Shown here: positions 1-9,864 of the stretch, piece after piece
Layout of the letters: each line of letters opens with the position of its first letter
Numbering within the stretch: the stretch's first letter is position 1
DNA from: Eledone cirrhosa
Lineage: Eukaryota
Length of the DNA stretch: 64,000 nucleotides
Reading direction: 5' to 3'
Assembly (NCBI GenBank): GCA_964016885.1
Contig: OZ024740.1
Span: 422,840,001-422,904,000, forward strand
The notes under the pieces: model-generated
Database searches by the model: none
What the model was told of the DNA's origin: nothing
The model's input: only the letters and a program-made list of their open reading frames with translations
Position numbers and translations under genes: made by a program

Positions 1-179
1 AGACCTCTAAATCCCTTGTACTACAAGCTGATTGTATAAAATTGAGTGTGTGATTAGTTGTCAGTTGTAGTTTAACACAAAAAAGAAAACTTTCCTTCCC
101 ATCTGTCATTGACATTTCAATATCAACTCTGCTTAATTTGGATCAGTTTAACATTTTTCTAGGTTGAGCATATATTTTT

Positions 180-372
180 TTACTTCTTCCTCTACTTCCT
201 CTTCTTCTTCTTCCTCTCCTTCCTCTTCCTCTTTTGTCCTCACCATTATCATTATAACAACCATTATTTTTATTGTTTCGTTTATTGTAATAACAACAAT
301 AATAATAATAATAATAACTACAAATATTATTATTATTGTTGTTATTACTATCATTATCATTATTACTATTTT
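180..372. repeat. Compound trinucleotide microsatellite (CTT/CCT, then ATT/AAT)
   Basis: Runs such as cttcttcttcttctt, aataataataataataa and attattattatt; these explain the low-complexity ORFs 148..390 and 164..514. Confidence 0.9.
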
Positions 373-617
373 ATTGATTTCTATCTCCACAATCTACATA
401 ACAATTGAGCCGTTTACATTTCTTTTGGAAAAAACAAAAATGTGTAAGAATAATAAAGACAAAAACAAAACAATAAATAAATTTGTCCATGATCTTCTCC
501 TGTTTATTGATTAATTGGTGATTGAATATTTTCTAATATTTAACAATGTTCAATAATGTGAAATGTAATATGGATTCCTCTCACTATAACATATTATTTG
601 TGTTTCTCTGGACGATA

Positions 618-792
618 CAAGGGTCAGCTGAGAACTTCATAGATTGACCGTGATACTCTCATGGAATGACCAAATTAGGTTTATTTTTAATAAAGTTATT
701 AATAAGAAGAGTTGAAATTAATGCATGCAACATTTCACAGCTCTAGCATCACTCCTTCATAGTCAGCCTACAAACTTTTCAATTCACCCTTG
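618..792. mobile_element. Tc1/mariner-type MITE, both ends present
   Basis: TA at 616-617 and 793-794; left end CAAGGGTCAGCTGAGAACTTCATAGATTGAC versus reverse complement of right end CAAGGGTGAATTGAAAAGTTTGTAGGCTGAC (~31-bp imperfect TIR); the interior recurs at ~2005-2175 and 9865-10240. Confidence 0.8.
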
Positions 793-801
793 TATGTATA
801 T

Positions 802-837
802 ATCATCATCATCATCGTTTTACATCCGTTCTTCCAC
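802..837 (-). mobile_element. Tiny 3'-terminal fragment of the RTE family/partner SINE with (GAT)n tail
   Basis: atcatcatcatcatcgttttacatccgttcttccac resembles the reverse complement of 1961-1995 and the start of the 7909 copy. Confidence 0.6.
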
Positions 838-866
838 TATATATACACACACACACACACACACAT
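838..866. repeat. (TA)n(CA)n microsatellite
   Basis: tatatatacacacacacacacacacaca. Confidence 0.9.
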
Positions 867-869
867 AAA

Positions 870-1995
870 CAGGGACTAGAAAAAGGGGTCTCAAAGACTA
901 AGGTCCTTGTAAGTAAAAGAGAAAACAGAACCCAAATCCCCTCAGGAAAATAGCCTTGCTTAGTATTTAGGAAAGGTGTAGGTAGAAATTCCATTCTCTG
1001 CCCCAAATGCAAATAATGGGTACACAAGAGATGTAGTGGGATCTCAGGAAATTTAGTTAAGAATGTAGGCTTTGCATGTAGCAGCTGCACTGGGACAGTA
1101 AGCAGCAAATGACTGCAGGAAACAATCACTACCAAATTCTGGGAGGTTCTGTAGAAACAGTAGACAGCTTCTGCTACCTAGATGACCAAATTAGCAACGG
1201 AAGTGGGTGTTCGGAAAGTACAGTAGCCAGAGTAAGAACAGGATGGAAGAAGTTCAGGGAGCTACTGCCACTGTTAGCTGCAAAAGGCTTTTACCTCAAA
1301 ATGAAAGGCGGACTGTATGATGCGTGTATACGAACAGCAATGTTACATGGTAGTGAGACCTGGGCGCTGTCTGTAGAAGACTTGCGTAGATTAGAAAGAA
1401 ACAAAGCTTGTTCCGATGGATGTGTAATAGTAATATATGCAAACAGCAAAGTATAAACAAATTGAGAGAGAGACTAAGCATAAGAGGAATCAAATGTTGT
1501 GTGCAGGAGAGGAGATTACGTTGGTATGGACATGTGATGCATAGGAAGGATGACAGCTGCATAAAAAGGTGCAGAGCACTAAAAGTTGATGGAAGCCTTG
1601 GAGACCTAAGAAGACCTGGTATGAGGTGATAAAAGCTGACCTTGCCCCAATTGCACCTCTCAAAGATGATGACACAGGACTGAGACCTTTGGCGTTACAC
1701 AGTAATACAAAAGACCCGACTTCCCACGGGTACAAGTCGAAGCTGAAACATATAGACAGTATGCTCCCACCCTTCTCCCACTGCAAAGTGGTCGTGTAGG
1801 CGCCATTGTAAAAAAGCACCCAGTATTCACTGTAAATGAGGTTGGTGTTAGGAAGGGCATCCAGCTGTAGAAATCAAGCCAAAATCAGTTCTGTATGAGC
1901 AAGACAAGGTCACTTGACCTGGCATTGCCCACAACAGGACTATCCGTTTAACCCATGCTAGCGTGGAATAATAGACGTAAAACGATGATGATGAT
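870..1995 (+). mobile_element. 5'-truncated, degraded RTE-clade LINE (RT C-terminal region with PHD-like finger, 3' UTR, (GAT)n tail)
   Basis: Across stops and frameshifts: KTKVL...PCLVFRKGVGRNSILCPKCK*WVHKRCSG...FACSSC; VDSFCYL...ARVRTGWKKFRELLPLL...LHGSETW; MFRWMC...RRLRWYGHV; ends aacgatgatgatgat at ~1995. GSETW and RLRWxGHV are typical RTE ORF motifs. Confidence 0.9.
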
Positions 1996-2002
1996 ATATA
2001 CA

Positions 2003-2176
2003 AAGTTGACCAAGATACTCTCATGGAATGACCAAATGAGGTTTATTTTTCAACATAGTCCCTGGTAAGAAACAATGCAGTTGTTAATAAGAAGAGTTGA
2101 AATTAATACCTGCAAGATTTTACAGCTCTAGCATCACTCCTTCATAGTCAGCCTATGAATTTTTCTGCCCAGCCTC
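2003..2176. mobile_element. Second copy of the mariner-type MITE, left TIR largely lost
   Basis: gaccaagatactctcatggaatgaccaaat...acagctctagcatcactccttcatagtcagcctatgaatttt matches 646-780 in the same orientation, with ~30 extra internal bases. Confidence 0.75.
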
Positions 2177-2364
2177 AGTCTGTTGTTTAGTTTGATGTAG
2201 AACACACTCTCTTACAAACATTGGAACCAAATCTTCAGACAATACATTTGTGGTTATGTTTGATAGACCATTCACACTCTTGTGCCACAACTGTAGAGAT
2301 TTTCTTCATGAAATCTGTGTAAGATGAAGGAAATTCAACAAAACCCATCCTTCTTTGGAGATTT

Positions 2365-2576
2365 CTTTTTCTATCATTTAAACCGGCCATATCTGACCAA
2401 AACTCTCTCACCTCTTTCTCTTCAAACTGGCTGTAACTGGCCACATACTTATGTTACGGTATTTTTCTCAAAATAAATAATATCAAAATATCATAGATTC
2501 AATATTATGTGAGGTAAAGCCTTTACCATGAAAATACAATAGTATATATAGAGTAATGTAAATGCTAAAGGGTTAA
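2365..2576. mobile_element. Possible piggyBac-like (TTAA) MITE, left end degraded
   Basis: Right end taaatgctaaagggTTAA (reverse complement TTAACCCTTTAGCATTTA); candidate decayed left end ...tctatcatttaaaccggcc at ~2370. TTAA followed by CCC is the piggyBac terminal signature. Confidence 0.45.
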
Positions 2577-2659
2577 ATCAACGAGAGAAGGGCAGTGCTC
2601 ATAATCCATTATTTTTTTCAGTACCTCTGACTGTCACCTCTCCTGTTCATTAAATTCTA

Positions 2660-3486
2660 CAGCCGGGTTGGAAGTGGTATCACAACGGGCAGGTGTAAAA
2701 TTACTTGGCTGGAATTTGCAGATGACATGGTGTTACTTAACTCGACAGAAGATGATCTTCGACTTGCACTTGATAGGTTTGATGCCGAGTGCTGCTTGGA
2801 TGGAATAAAATCGAGTGCTGTGAAAACTGTGACACTCATTCTCTCAAGGAAGCCTGTACATGTGAATGGAGTTCCACTGAAGCATGTAGAGGAGCTCAAG
2901 TATCACGGGACCGTGTTCATGAGTGTTGGAAGGCAGGAGGCTGAATTAAGTGTAAGAATTGCAGGAGCTGGTACAGTAATGTGCCAGCTTCAACATTCGG
3001 TCATCAACAGAAGGGGGGTAGGTGTAAGAGCTAAATTTGCTGTCTTCAATTCAGTATTTGTATCAACTCTTACCTATGGTCATGAATCTTGGGTAATGAC
3101 TGAAAGAATATGATCATGAATACATGCAGCCGAAATGGGGTTCCTCCAAAGGGTCTTTGGAGTAACATTACTTGATAGAGTGCGTAACTCGGATATCATA
3201 GTCACTCCAGTAGAGCCGCTGTTTCTCCAAATTGAGAGATCACAGCTCCGATACTATGGGCATGGGGTTAGAATGTCTTGGGAAAGAATCGCTGGACAGA
3301 TTTTGTGGGCAAAACCAACCAACAGGAGACCCAGAGGTAGACCCCAAGCAAGATAGTTGGATAACATCTATGAGCTTGGCTGATCTCACTTGGGGATCCA
3401 GCTGGATCAGTTGTAGACAGTTCCTTCTGACAGGACCCACTGGAAGGAGTGAAAACTCTGCCCCACGACCCTCTCAAGAAGAAGAG
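2660..3486 (+). mobile_element. 5'-truncated RTE-clade LINE, Rex3/Expander-like (RT motif to C-terminus)
   Basis: WLEFADDMVLL (RT catalytic [Y/F]ADD), VEELKYHG, LTYGHESWVMTERI*S*IHAAEMGFLQRVFG, VEPLFLQIERSQLRYYGH, RRPRGRP; in-frame stops and a frameshift; short gaagaag tail. Confidence 0.9.
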
Positions 3487-3847
3487 AAAACATTTTTTTC
3501 CTCATCTTTTTTTTTCTCTTTTCTTTTCATGTGCCATCAACTAATCTAACCTCCATTGAAGTTTAGGAGACCTACCCCCCCACCCCCCGTTTGGTGGGAA
3601 ATATTTATTTTTCCTTGTTTTTTTTTTCGGGTGCTATAAACTAATCTGAACCCCAAGATCCTAGCAATTGACTTTTTCTCCTGAAAACAGAAACCAAACT
3701 TTAATATGGGGATATGATTGCGAGCATCTAGGAGGACAGATTAGTTGATACAGACGTGAGGGGGCTGTAAAACCCCAATGGTCTTTCTGGCCCCCTTTCA
3801 CCCTACCCCCTCCCAATCCACTACCCTAAGGTGGTCATAATAATTGT

Positions 3848-4030
3848 TTCTACTTTTGGCACAAGGCCAGCAATTATCCCAGTGTATTACTGGTACTTTA
3901 TTTTATCGACCCTGTAAGGATGAAAGGCAAAGTTAACCTCGGCGGGATTTGGACTCAGACCATAAAGGGCCGTAACTCTGCTGCAAAGCATGGCGTCCGA
4001 CCCTCTACCGACACTGCCAAACCGCTGCCC
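3848..4030 (-). mobile_element. tRNA-derived SINE
   Basis: Minus strand: GGCAGCGGTT-TGGCAGTGTCGG (A-box-like)...GAGTCCAAATCC (B-box-like), then core GCCGAGGTTAACTTTGCCTTTCATCCTTACAGGGTCGATAAAATAAAGTACCAGT; homologous to 4288-4425. Confidence 0.8.
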
Positions 4031-4199
4031 TAAGGTGTTCTATAATAATACTCCAAATTTCAACAACAGAGTGATCTTTTCTAAATACTCTCAAGAACCT
4101 GAGCCTGGATACTAAGTCAACTATTTAACAAATGAAGAATACAAAGGAACAGAATACTGATCTTACAATTCTACCAATCCATCACCCTGGGCTGCTACA

Positions 4200-4244
4200 A
4201 CTTTATTTTACCGACCCCAAAAGGATGAAAAGCAGAGTTGAACC
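4200..4244 (-). mobile_element. SINE core fragment
   Basis: tttattttaccgaccccaaaaggatgaaaagcagagttgaacc matches 3897-3940. Confidence 0.6.
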
Positions 4245-4287
4245 AATAATTAAACATTCAGTAATTTTGCAGTGATATCTATGGTTA

Positions 4288-4425
4288 AGGCGGTGAATTG
4301 GCAAAGTCGTTAGAACGTCAGATAAAAGGTTTTGCACTATTCATTTCAGCTCTGCTTTCTGAGTTTAAATCCTGCTGAGATCAACTTTGTCTTTCATCCA
4401 TTCGAGGTTGATAAAAAGTATCAGT
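4288..4425 (+). mobile_element. tRNA-derived SINE, same family, opposite orientation
   Basis: GGCGGTGAAT-TGGCAAAGTCGT (A-box-like)...GAGTTTAAATCC (B-box-like)-TGCTGAGATCAACTTTGTCTTTCATCCATTCGAGGTTGATAAAAAGTATCAGT. Confidence 0.75.
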
Positions 4426-5007
4426 CATTCTTCTCTGGAAGAAATCTACTGTATTGAAACCCAGAGAGGAGAGGGGTTCCACCAGGTTTAATAAAATGCA
4501 GCTGATGATGCCCTATGTCAATACAATGCCCCTACGAACACCTCGGGGGTTACGGATCAATACATCTGTGTTTATAGAGTGCCTCCTCTATGTGGTGGTT
4601 TAACACAATAGAAATAACAGTAAAAGCTCAAATTATATTGTATTTAAAGTTAGGTAGAGTTAACTCTTGACCACAGACACATTGCAGTGACCAATTAGCA
4701 ACTGGTGACTTGTCAATTGTTATCTGTGTACTTACCCTAATATTGGTGATGGTAGTGGTGGTGATAGTAGTGAGGTGGAGTTGGTATTGGTTGCTAAAGT
4801 ATCAACGTGTGTAGAGCGAGGAGAAAGAAATAGTAAGAGAAACAGTGAGAAAGTTAGAGAGTTTCAGAAGATCCCGTGGTAGGGTGAAAGCAGAAATTCT
4901 TTGCTTAAACTTTAATCTGCTAATAATAAATATTTGGTGCGCGGGTTTATAAATATATATGTATATATACTATCTTTATCGAGCCTTCTTTGGATTTTGG
5001 TCTTCGT

Positions 5008-5050
5008 AATTATTATTACTATATATATATATAGAGAGAGAGAGAGAGAA
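5008..5050. repeat. (ATT)n/(TA)n/(GA)n compound microsatellite
   Basis: aattattattactatatatatatatagagagagagagagagaa. Confidence 0.9.
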
Positions 5051-5295
5051 CAAGGTGGGGGGAGAGGTACATATCCAGTTAGAGTGATAGAGACAGAGAC
5101 ACATAACCATATAGAGAGACACACAATCACATACTGAGAGATTTCAGGCGTCTGTGTCAAGCTCGTCTGTCGTTGTGGAACCTTTGGTAAATGGAATTAC
5201 TGAGAGACATATCTAGATAGTGAGAGGCACACATACAGAGAGAGAGAGAGAGACACCATCTTGGTGGGACGTAGGTGCCCTTCATAAGAAGATAC

Positions 5296-5430
5296 TCAAT
5301 AGATTTCATTGTGGTAGTGGCTGCACACTGCAGACAAAACTGCAAAAGCATTTCCATGGACAATGGCCAGCGACACCCTCTGCAACAGCCACCCCACCTC
5401 ATGGGGCTTCTTCCTCGGATGAGATGCTGT
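5296..5430 (-). mobile_element. C-terminal fragment of a restriction-like-endonuclease (CRE-like) non-LTR retrotransposon ORF
   Basis: Minus strand reads PHEVGWLLQRVSLAIVHGNAFAVLSAVCSHYHNEIY*; resembles the E..(W/F)L.QRLSLA(I/V).RGNA..(I/V)L terminus of CRE-clade ORFs. Not in the ORF track. Confidence 0.6.
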
Positions 5431-6382
5431 CGTAACCTTACATTCCATAGATGTCGCTGCCCTTATAGTAGAGATTTTTCAATAGAGTTTGACTTAAAGC
5501 GATTAAGTTAAACTTCTCCACCTGAATGGTGACAGACGTTCTTTTCTTTAGTAAAAAGTAGAAAAAACTCACCAAAAATATCGAAGTGTATTTCTGTGAT
5601 ATTAGACAGCAAAGACAAATATGGAATATCGGTTGTGACAAAAAGCTACCTGTCAAATGAAAAACAGGCGGCGATTGGTAAAATTGTGTTGGAAAAACTT
5701 TGTGAAAAGGTCTTATCAGTTGCGAAGTGGTGACACCAGTATCGAATATTATTTGAAAAATGAAAAACTATCACGAACACAATCCTTAAAACGCGATTTG
5801 GGTGAAGGGTAGGTGCCGATGTGTGAGATTATGTTGAAATGTCTTTCGGGAATCAGAGAACCGCATCGTATTTGGGTTACAAACGAATACATCCCTTAAA
5901 ACATAATCTAGTTGGGCATGGATACGAGAAATTGTGAGATATGAAACCCGTCTATGAAATGCTAGAAATGACAGTCAACTGCGGAAAGCTGGTGTGTGTG
6001 TGCCAGCCTTATGCTTTTGGCTACTATTTTTAGAAATTTAGAGGTGTTTTGCTTTCATCATTATAACACACATACATGATGTCTACCCCCTCATTATCGA
6101 GTATGGTCATTGCACGATATACCATTATTAATAATTATTAATTAATGCTATCGTGCGTGAAGATTCTTTTTAAAGTGAGGAAAGACTGTGCACTGAGCCA
6201 ATCCCACTCTCTGGGTGACAATAGCTATAACCCGAAAAGAAGAAAAGATCAACATCATCGGTAACTACTGCGCCGCAGGTTTTATGTCAGAGTTATCCCA
6301 GTTTCCTGAGTTGCCTTCTAGAAGAATACCCTGACAAAGGCTAGGAGTCCTTCACTCCCAGTGGTTTAACATACATATGTTG

Positions 6383-6405
6383 TATATATATATATATATA
6401 TATAC
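6383..6405. repeat. (TA)n microsatellite
   Basis: tatatatatatatatatatata directly upstream of the CR1 fragment. Confidence 0.9.
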
Positions 6406-6409
6406 ACTC

Positions 6410-6670
6410 AGAGTTGCTGAATCATGGAACAAACTCCCTGCATCAGTTATTAGCTGTCAAGACACTGCATCCTTTAAAACGTGCATGCTTCCTGAAATTC
6501 GCCAACACTATATCTGATACCCCCCCCCCCCCCCATCCACACACACACATGTATATCATGACTCATACACTGTTCACTTCCCTGACATTTGTATATTATT
6601 CTATGTACTATACATGCACCTTTGATGATTTGTAGTGCACCTGAGTACTGTACACAATAATTTTCATTAA
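6410..6670 (+). mobile_element. CR1/L2-group LINE 3' end (ORF2 C-terminus plus putative 3' UTR)
   Basis: 6410-6517 reads RVAESWNKLPASVISCQDTASFKTCMLPEIRQHYI*, matching the CR1 terminal motif RV...WN.LP..V......SFK; the 3' boundary is approximate. Confidence 0.75.
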
Positions 6671-6970
6671 GAGTCAGAGTAGACGCAAGCAAACACATAA
6701 ACATATACTATCTATTGCTAACTACACACACATATGTACATATACATGCATACACAGCCATCATTATGTAAATGTATGTATGTGTGTGTAATAATTATAA
6801 TAAAATAATGTTTTTCATTGCAAACATACAATAAAATTTTTCTAAGTTTGGAAAATGTAATGAAAAATTTACGAACAAATATCTTTTTGAGGGAGACTAC
6901 TAGTCTTTTTTTAACATTCTCCTGATTATCTCCCTTGGTGTATGTGGAGGCAGAGTCCTCAAACACTCCT

Positions 6971-7108
6971 ACCAGTGGGTCCTGTCAGAAGCAACTGTCT
7001 CCAACTGATCCGGCTAGATCCCAAGTGATAGCAGCCAAGCCCATGGATGTTATCAAACCATCCTGCTTGGGGTCTACCCCTGGGTGTCCTGCCAGTTGGT
7101 TTGGCCCG
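6971..7108 (-). mobile_element. Fragment of the Rex3/Expander-like RTE 3' end
   Basis: Reverse complement aligns with ~3307-3443 (ggtagaccccaagca.gat, gataacatc, cacttggg, gatcagttg, ttctgacaggacccactgg). Confidence 0.85.
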
Positions 7109-7908
7109 TAAAGTAGCAGCTCAACCTTGAATGACTCTCTCATCTCCGAGCTATGCACTTTATACAAACAAACAACACTGACCTAAGAGAAGTATAAATA
7201 AGTAAATAAAATAAAATAAATAAATACATACACAAGCACAATAACAACAAGCACATAAACACACACTAGTCACCCATCACACAACAAACAAAATACTATA
7301 CACACATGCAAACGCATGCGCAAAGAAGACAAAATAAAATAAACAAACAAGCAAATAAATAAATATATAGACAGACTGAATAAAAATGGCGTAGACATAC
7401 AATACAACAGGAGGAAACGATAGCACCACTGACGATGTTGCAGATGCGCAACGAAAGATTTATGATAAACTATATATATATGTTTGTGTCTATATTGTAT
7501 CTGTATTATTTTTGACCGTCGGTCAGTCAATGGCAACATTGAGGACCGAGTAAGTTAGATTACCGATATAAAAGACACAGAAGCGAGAAGCGAAAACCAA
7601 CCAAACAGTGAGTGTGTTCTGTTATTAATTCTGGCAATATTACACAAATATGACCCTCCCCAAGTATAACAACATATATATATATATACATATACTTTTA
7701 AATTTGGTGGTTCACCAGTGGGTAGAATTGGTTATTCTGCAATGTGAGCCATGGCATAAGAAAAGCACTTGATGTCGAGAAAAGCAGGGATGGCAAGGCA
7801 TGACAACAGACTGCCATGATCAGCTCAAGCCACTGAAATGTGCATAGTGTTTGCAGAAATAAATAATTAAGGGAATTCAACCTGTCTGGTCTCTTGTCAT
7901 TTTACTTT

Positions 7909-8160
7909 ATCATCATCATCATCCTCGTTTAACATCCACTTTCCACGCTAGCATGGGTTAGACGGGAGTTGTCCCACTTGAGGCAAGGTTGGTCGGGTGA
8001 CCGTGTCTCGCTCATATAGGACTATCTGGCAGGTTTTCTACGGCTGGATACCCTTCCTAACACCAACCACATTTACAGTGTGGACTGGGAGGTTTTTACC
8101 GTGCTACGTACACGGCCATATTACAGCGTGGACTGTGTGTTTTTTTCTCGTGACACCTAC
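7909..8160 (-). mobile_element. RTE-related 3' UTR/SINE copy with (GAT)n tail
   Basis: atcatcatcatcatcctcgtttaacatccactttccacgctagcatgggttagacgg and ctggatacccttcctaacaccaacc.catttacagtg are reverse complements of ~1943-1995 and ~1828-1866. Confidence 0.8.
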
Positions 8161-8346
8161 ACGATCTCGATCTCGATCTCATTTATCTCATTTATTTGGA
8201 CTGGATGTTGTGGTACCAACTTTATAGAGAGGGAGTGGTGTTGGTGAGAGTGGGGGGATAGGGTAGGGGTAGTGGATTGGGGTGTATATTTGGTTAAGAA
8301 GTGCCTACTGGCTGTAGATTTCACTTTGTATATATATATATATATA

Positions 8347-8992
8347 CTAGCAGTGGTACCCGGCATTGCACGGGATAAGGTATTTTGGAACGCGGGCCGC
8401 CAACAGACCTAATCGTGGAAAAACTGCATGCCTGGACAATATGTAAAGAAAATAAACCGAATACTCTGATGGCTGGATAATCTAAGATTTTCCTCGATGA
8501 AGCAGGAAAAAGGCAGGTTTTCACCTAATGCAGGCCCTAGGGGATCAAGAAAATAAATTCTTTTTTATGTGCATAATATGCCTTGAAATTTCGGGAAAAT
8601 CGACTAGACGTAACGCCTCAAAAAGGCCCTAAAAAGCTGGAAAAAATGAAGTTTTTCACCTAATGCGGGCCCTAGGCCATAAAAAAGTTGGATTTTCTTT
8701 GCTCACGGTATGAAGAAGAGATTGACTATTACATAGTTACAATTTCAAGGAAATCGGTCTGACGTAACGCCTCAAAAAAACCCTAAAAAGCTGGAAAACA
8801 CGCAGGTTTTCACCTAATGCGGGCCCTAGGGGATCAAAAAGTTGAATTTTTTATGTGCATAACTCTCGCTGAAATATAAGTAATACACATGTAAAGTTTG
8901 AAAAAGATCGGTTGGGTACTTCTCGGGTTTCACACACATACACACATACATACATACATCCTTCCTCAGTTTTATATATATATATATATAGA
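8347..8992 (-). mobile_element. Non-autonomous Helitron, apparently complete (646 bp)
   Basis: Minus strand starts A|TCTATATATA...AAAACTGAGGAAGGATGTATGTATG and ends CCCGTGCAATGCCGGG (hairpin)-TACCACTG-CTAG|T: 5' TC, 3' hairpin plus CTAG, insertion between A and T without a TSD. Confidence 0.85.
8500..8915. repeat. Internal tandem repeat of the Helitron (~135-154 bp, about 3 copies)
   Basis: cacctaatgcRggccctagg at 8522, 8657 and 8811; gacgtaacgcctcaaaaa...ccctaaaaagctggaaaa twice. Confidence 0.9.
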
Positions 8993-9454
8993 TTAAAATA
9001 ACAGATTAAAGTTTAAGCAAGGAATCGTTGCTTTCACCCTTAACGGGATCTTCTGAAACTAAAAACATCAATCTGTGAACACAGAAGTAAATATTTCGTA
9101 AAACGTTGCAATCGAAGGAAAACAGGAAGACGATATTTTGGTTCGTGAAGACGTTCCCTGGCAATGAATGGAAAATAGCGAACATAATACGTCATCAATG
9201 TTTGTCAGAATGTCGTAATGCAGACAGTCAGACATACAGACAGATATTATAAGAGCGCGGTGGAGATGGATAACCGGCGCCTAACACCCCTTTAACAACA
9301 TCTTTAGACCGCAAGGAATATATAAATGCAAGTTTGAAGTCAATCGGAGTAGAAATGTGGATTTGTATAGACTTTGCAAAAATGAGGACACACAGACAGA
9401 CACAGACAACAACAGTTTTATATATATATACACACATGTATACATACATAACTA

Positions 9455-9637
9455 TGGTGATGATGATGATGATGATCGTGATGAGGATGTTGATGATGAT
9501 GGTAATGGTGGAGGTGGTGGTGGTGAAGATGATGGTGATGATGATGATGGTGGCAATGATGGTAATGGTGATGATGATGATGGTGATGGTAATGATGTTG
9601 ATGATGGTGGTAATGATGATGATGATGATGGTGATGA
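9455..9637. repeat. Imperfect (GAT/GGT/AAT)n trinucleotide repeat
   Basis: gatgatgatggtgatggtaat...; produces the poly-M/V and poly-D/G ORFs. Confidence 0.92.
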
Positions 9638-9864
9638 ATTATTCAGCTGATAATACCTTATAAATATATATTTAGGGACCTGCTAATTTGATGACAGTAT
9701 TTGACAACATTACCTGTTATAATAGACTATTCCCACTGTTTGATATAATAGGGTCCTGTGTTATTTTAACCAATTTTACAGGGTTTACAGAAATATATTT
9801 CATGACTCATGTTTTTCCAAGTCTAGCATCATAGAGTCTCATTGAAAGGACATTTACACTAGAT

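Noticed and set aside
148-514. Hydrophobic poly-I/S/E ORFs suggesting membrane proteins
   Set aside because: Translations of trinucleotide microsatellites.
2020-2080. Apparent duplicated terminal exon on the minus strand (tttcttaccag then ...LKNKPHLVIP*), also near 9900-10050
   Set aside because: Lies inside a TIR- and TA-bounded MITE; the 618-792 copy lacks the acceptor and another copy has a frameshifting extra T.
2235-2444. 69-aa ORF with protein-like composition
   Set aside because: No recognisable motif, non-ATG start, and it overlaps a probable MITE.
3848-4425. tRNA genes
   Set aside because: A/B-box-like motifs continue into a SINE core and do not form a cloverleaf.
9334-9663. Poly-Met/Val and Asp/Gly-rich ORFs (biomineralisation-like acidic protein)
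   Set aside because: Product of a (GAT/GGT)n repeat next to TA/CA microsatellites; no signal peptide or splice support.
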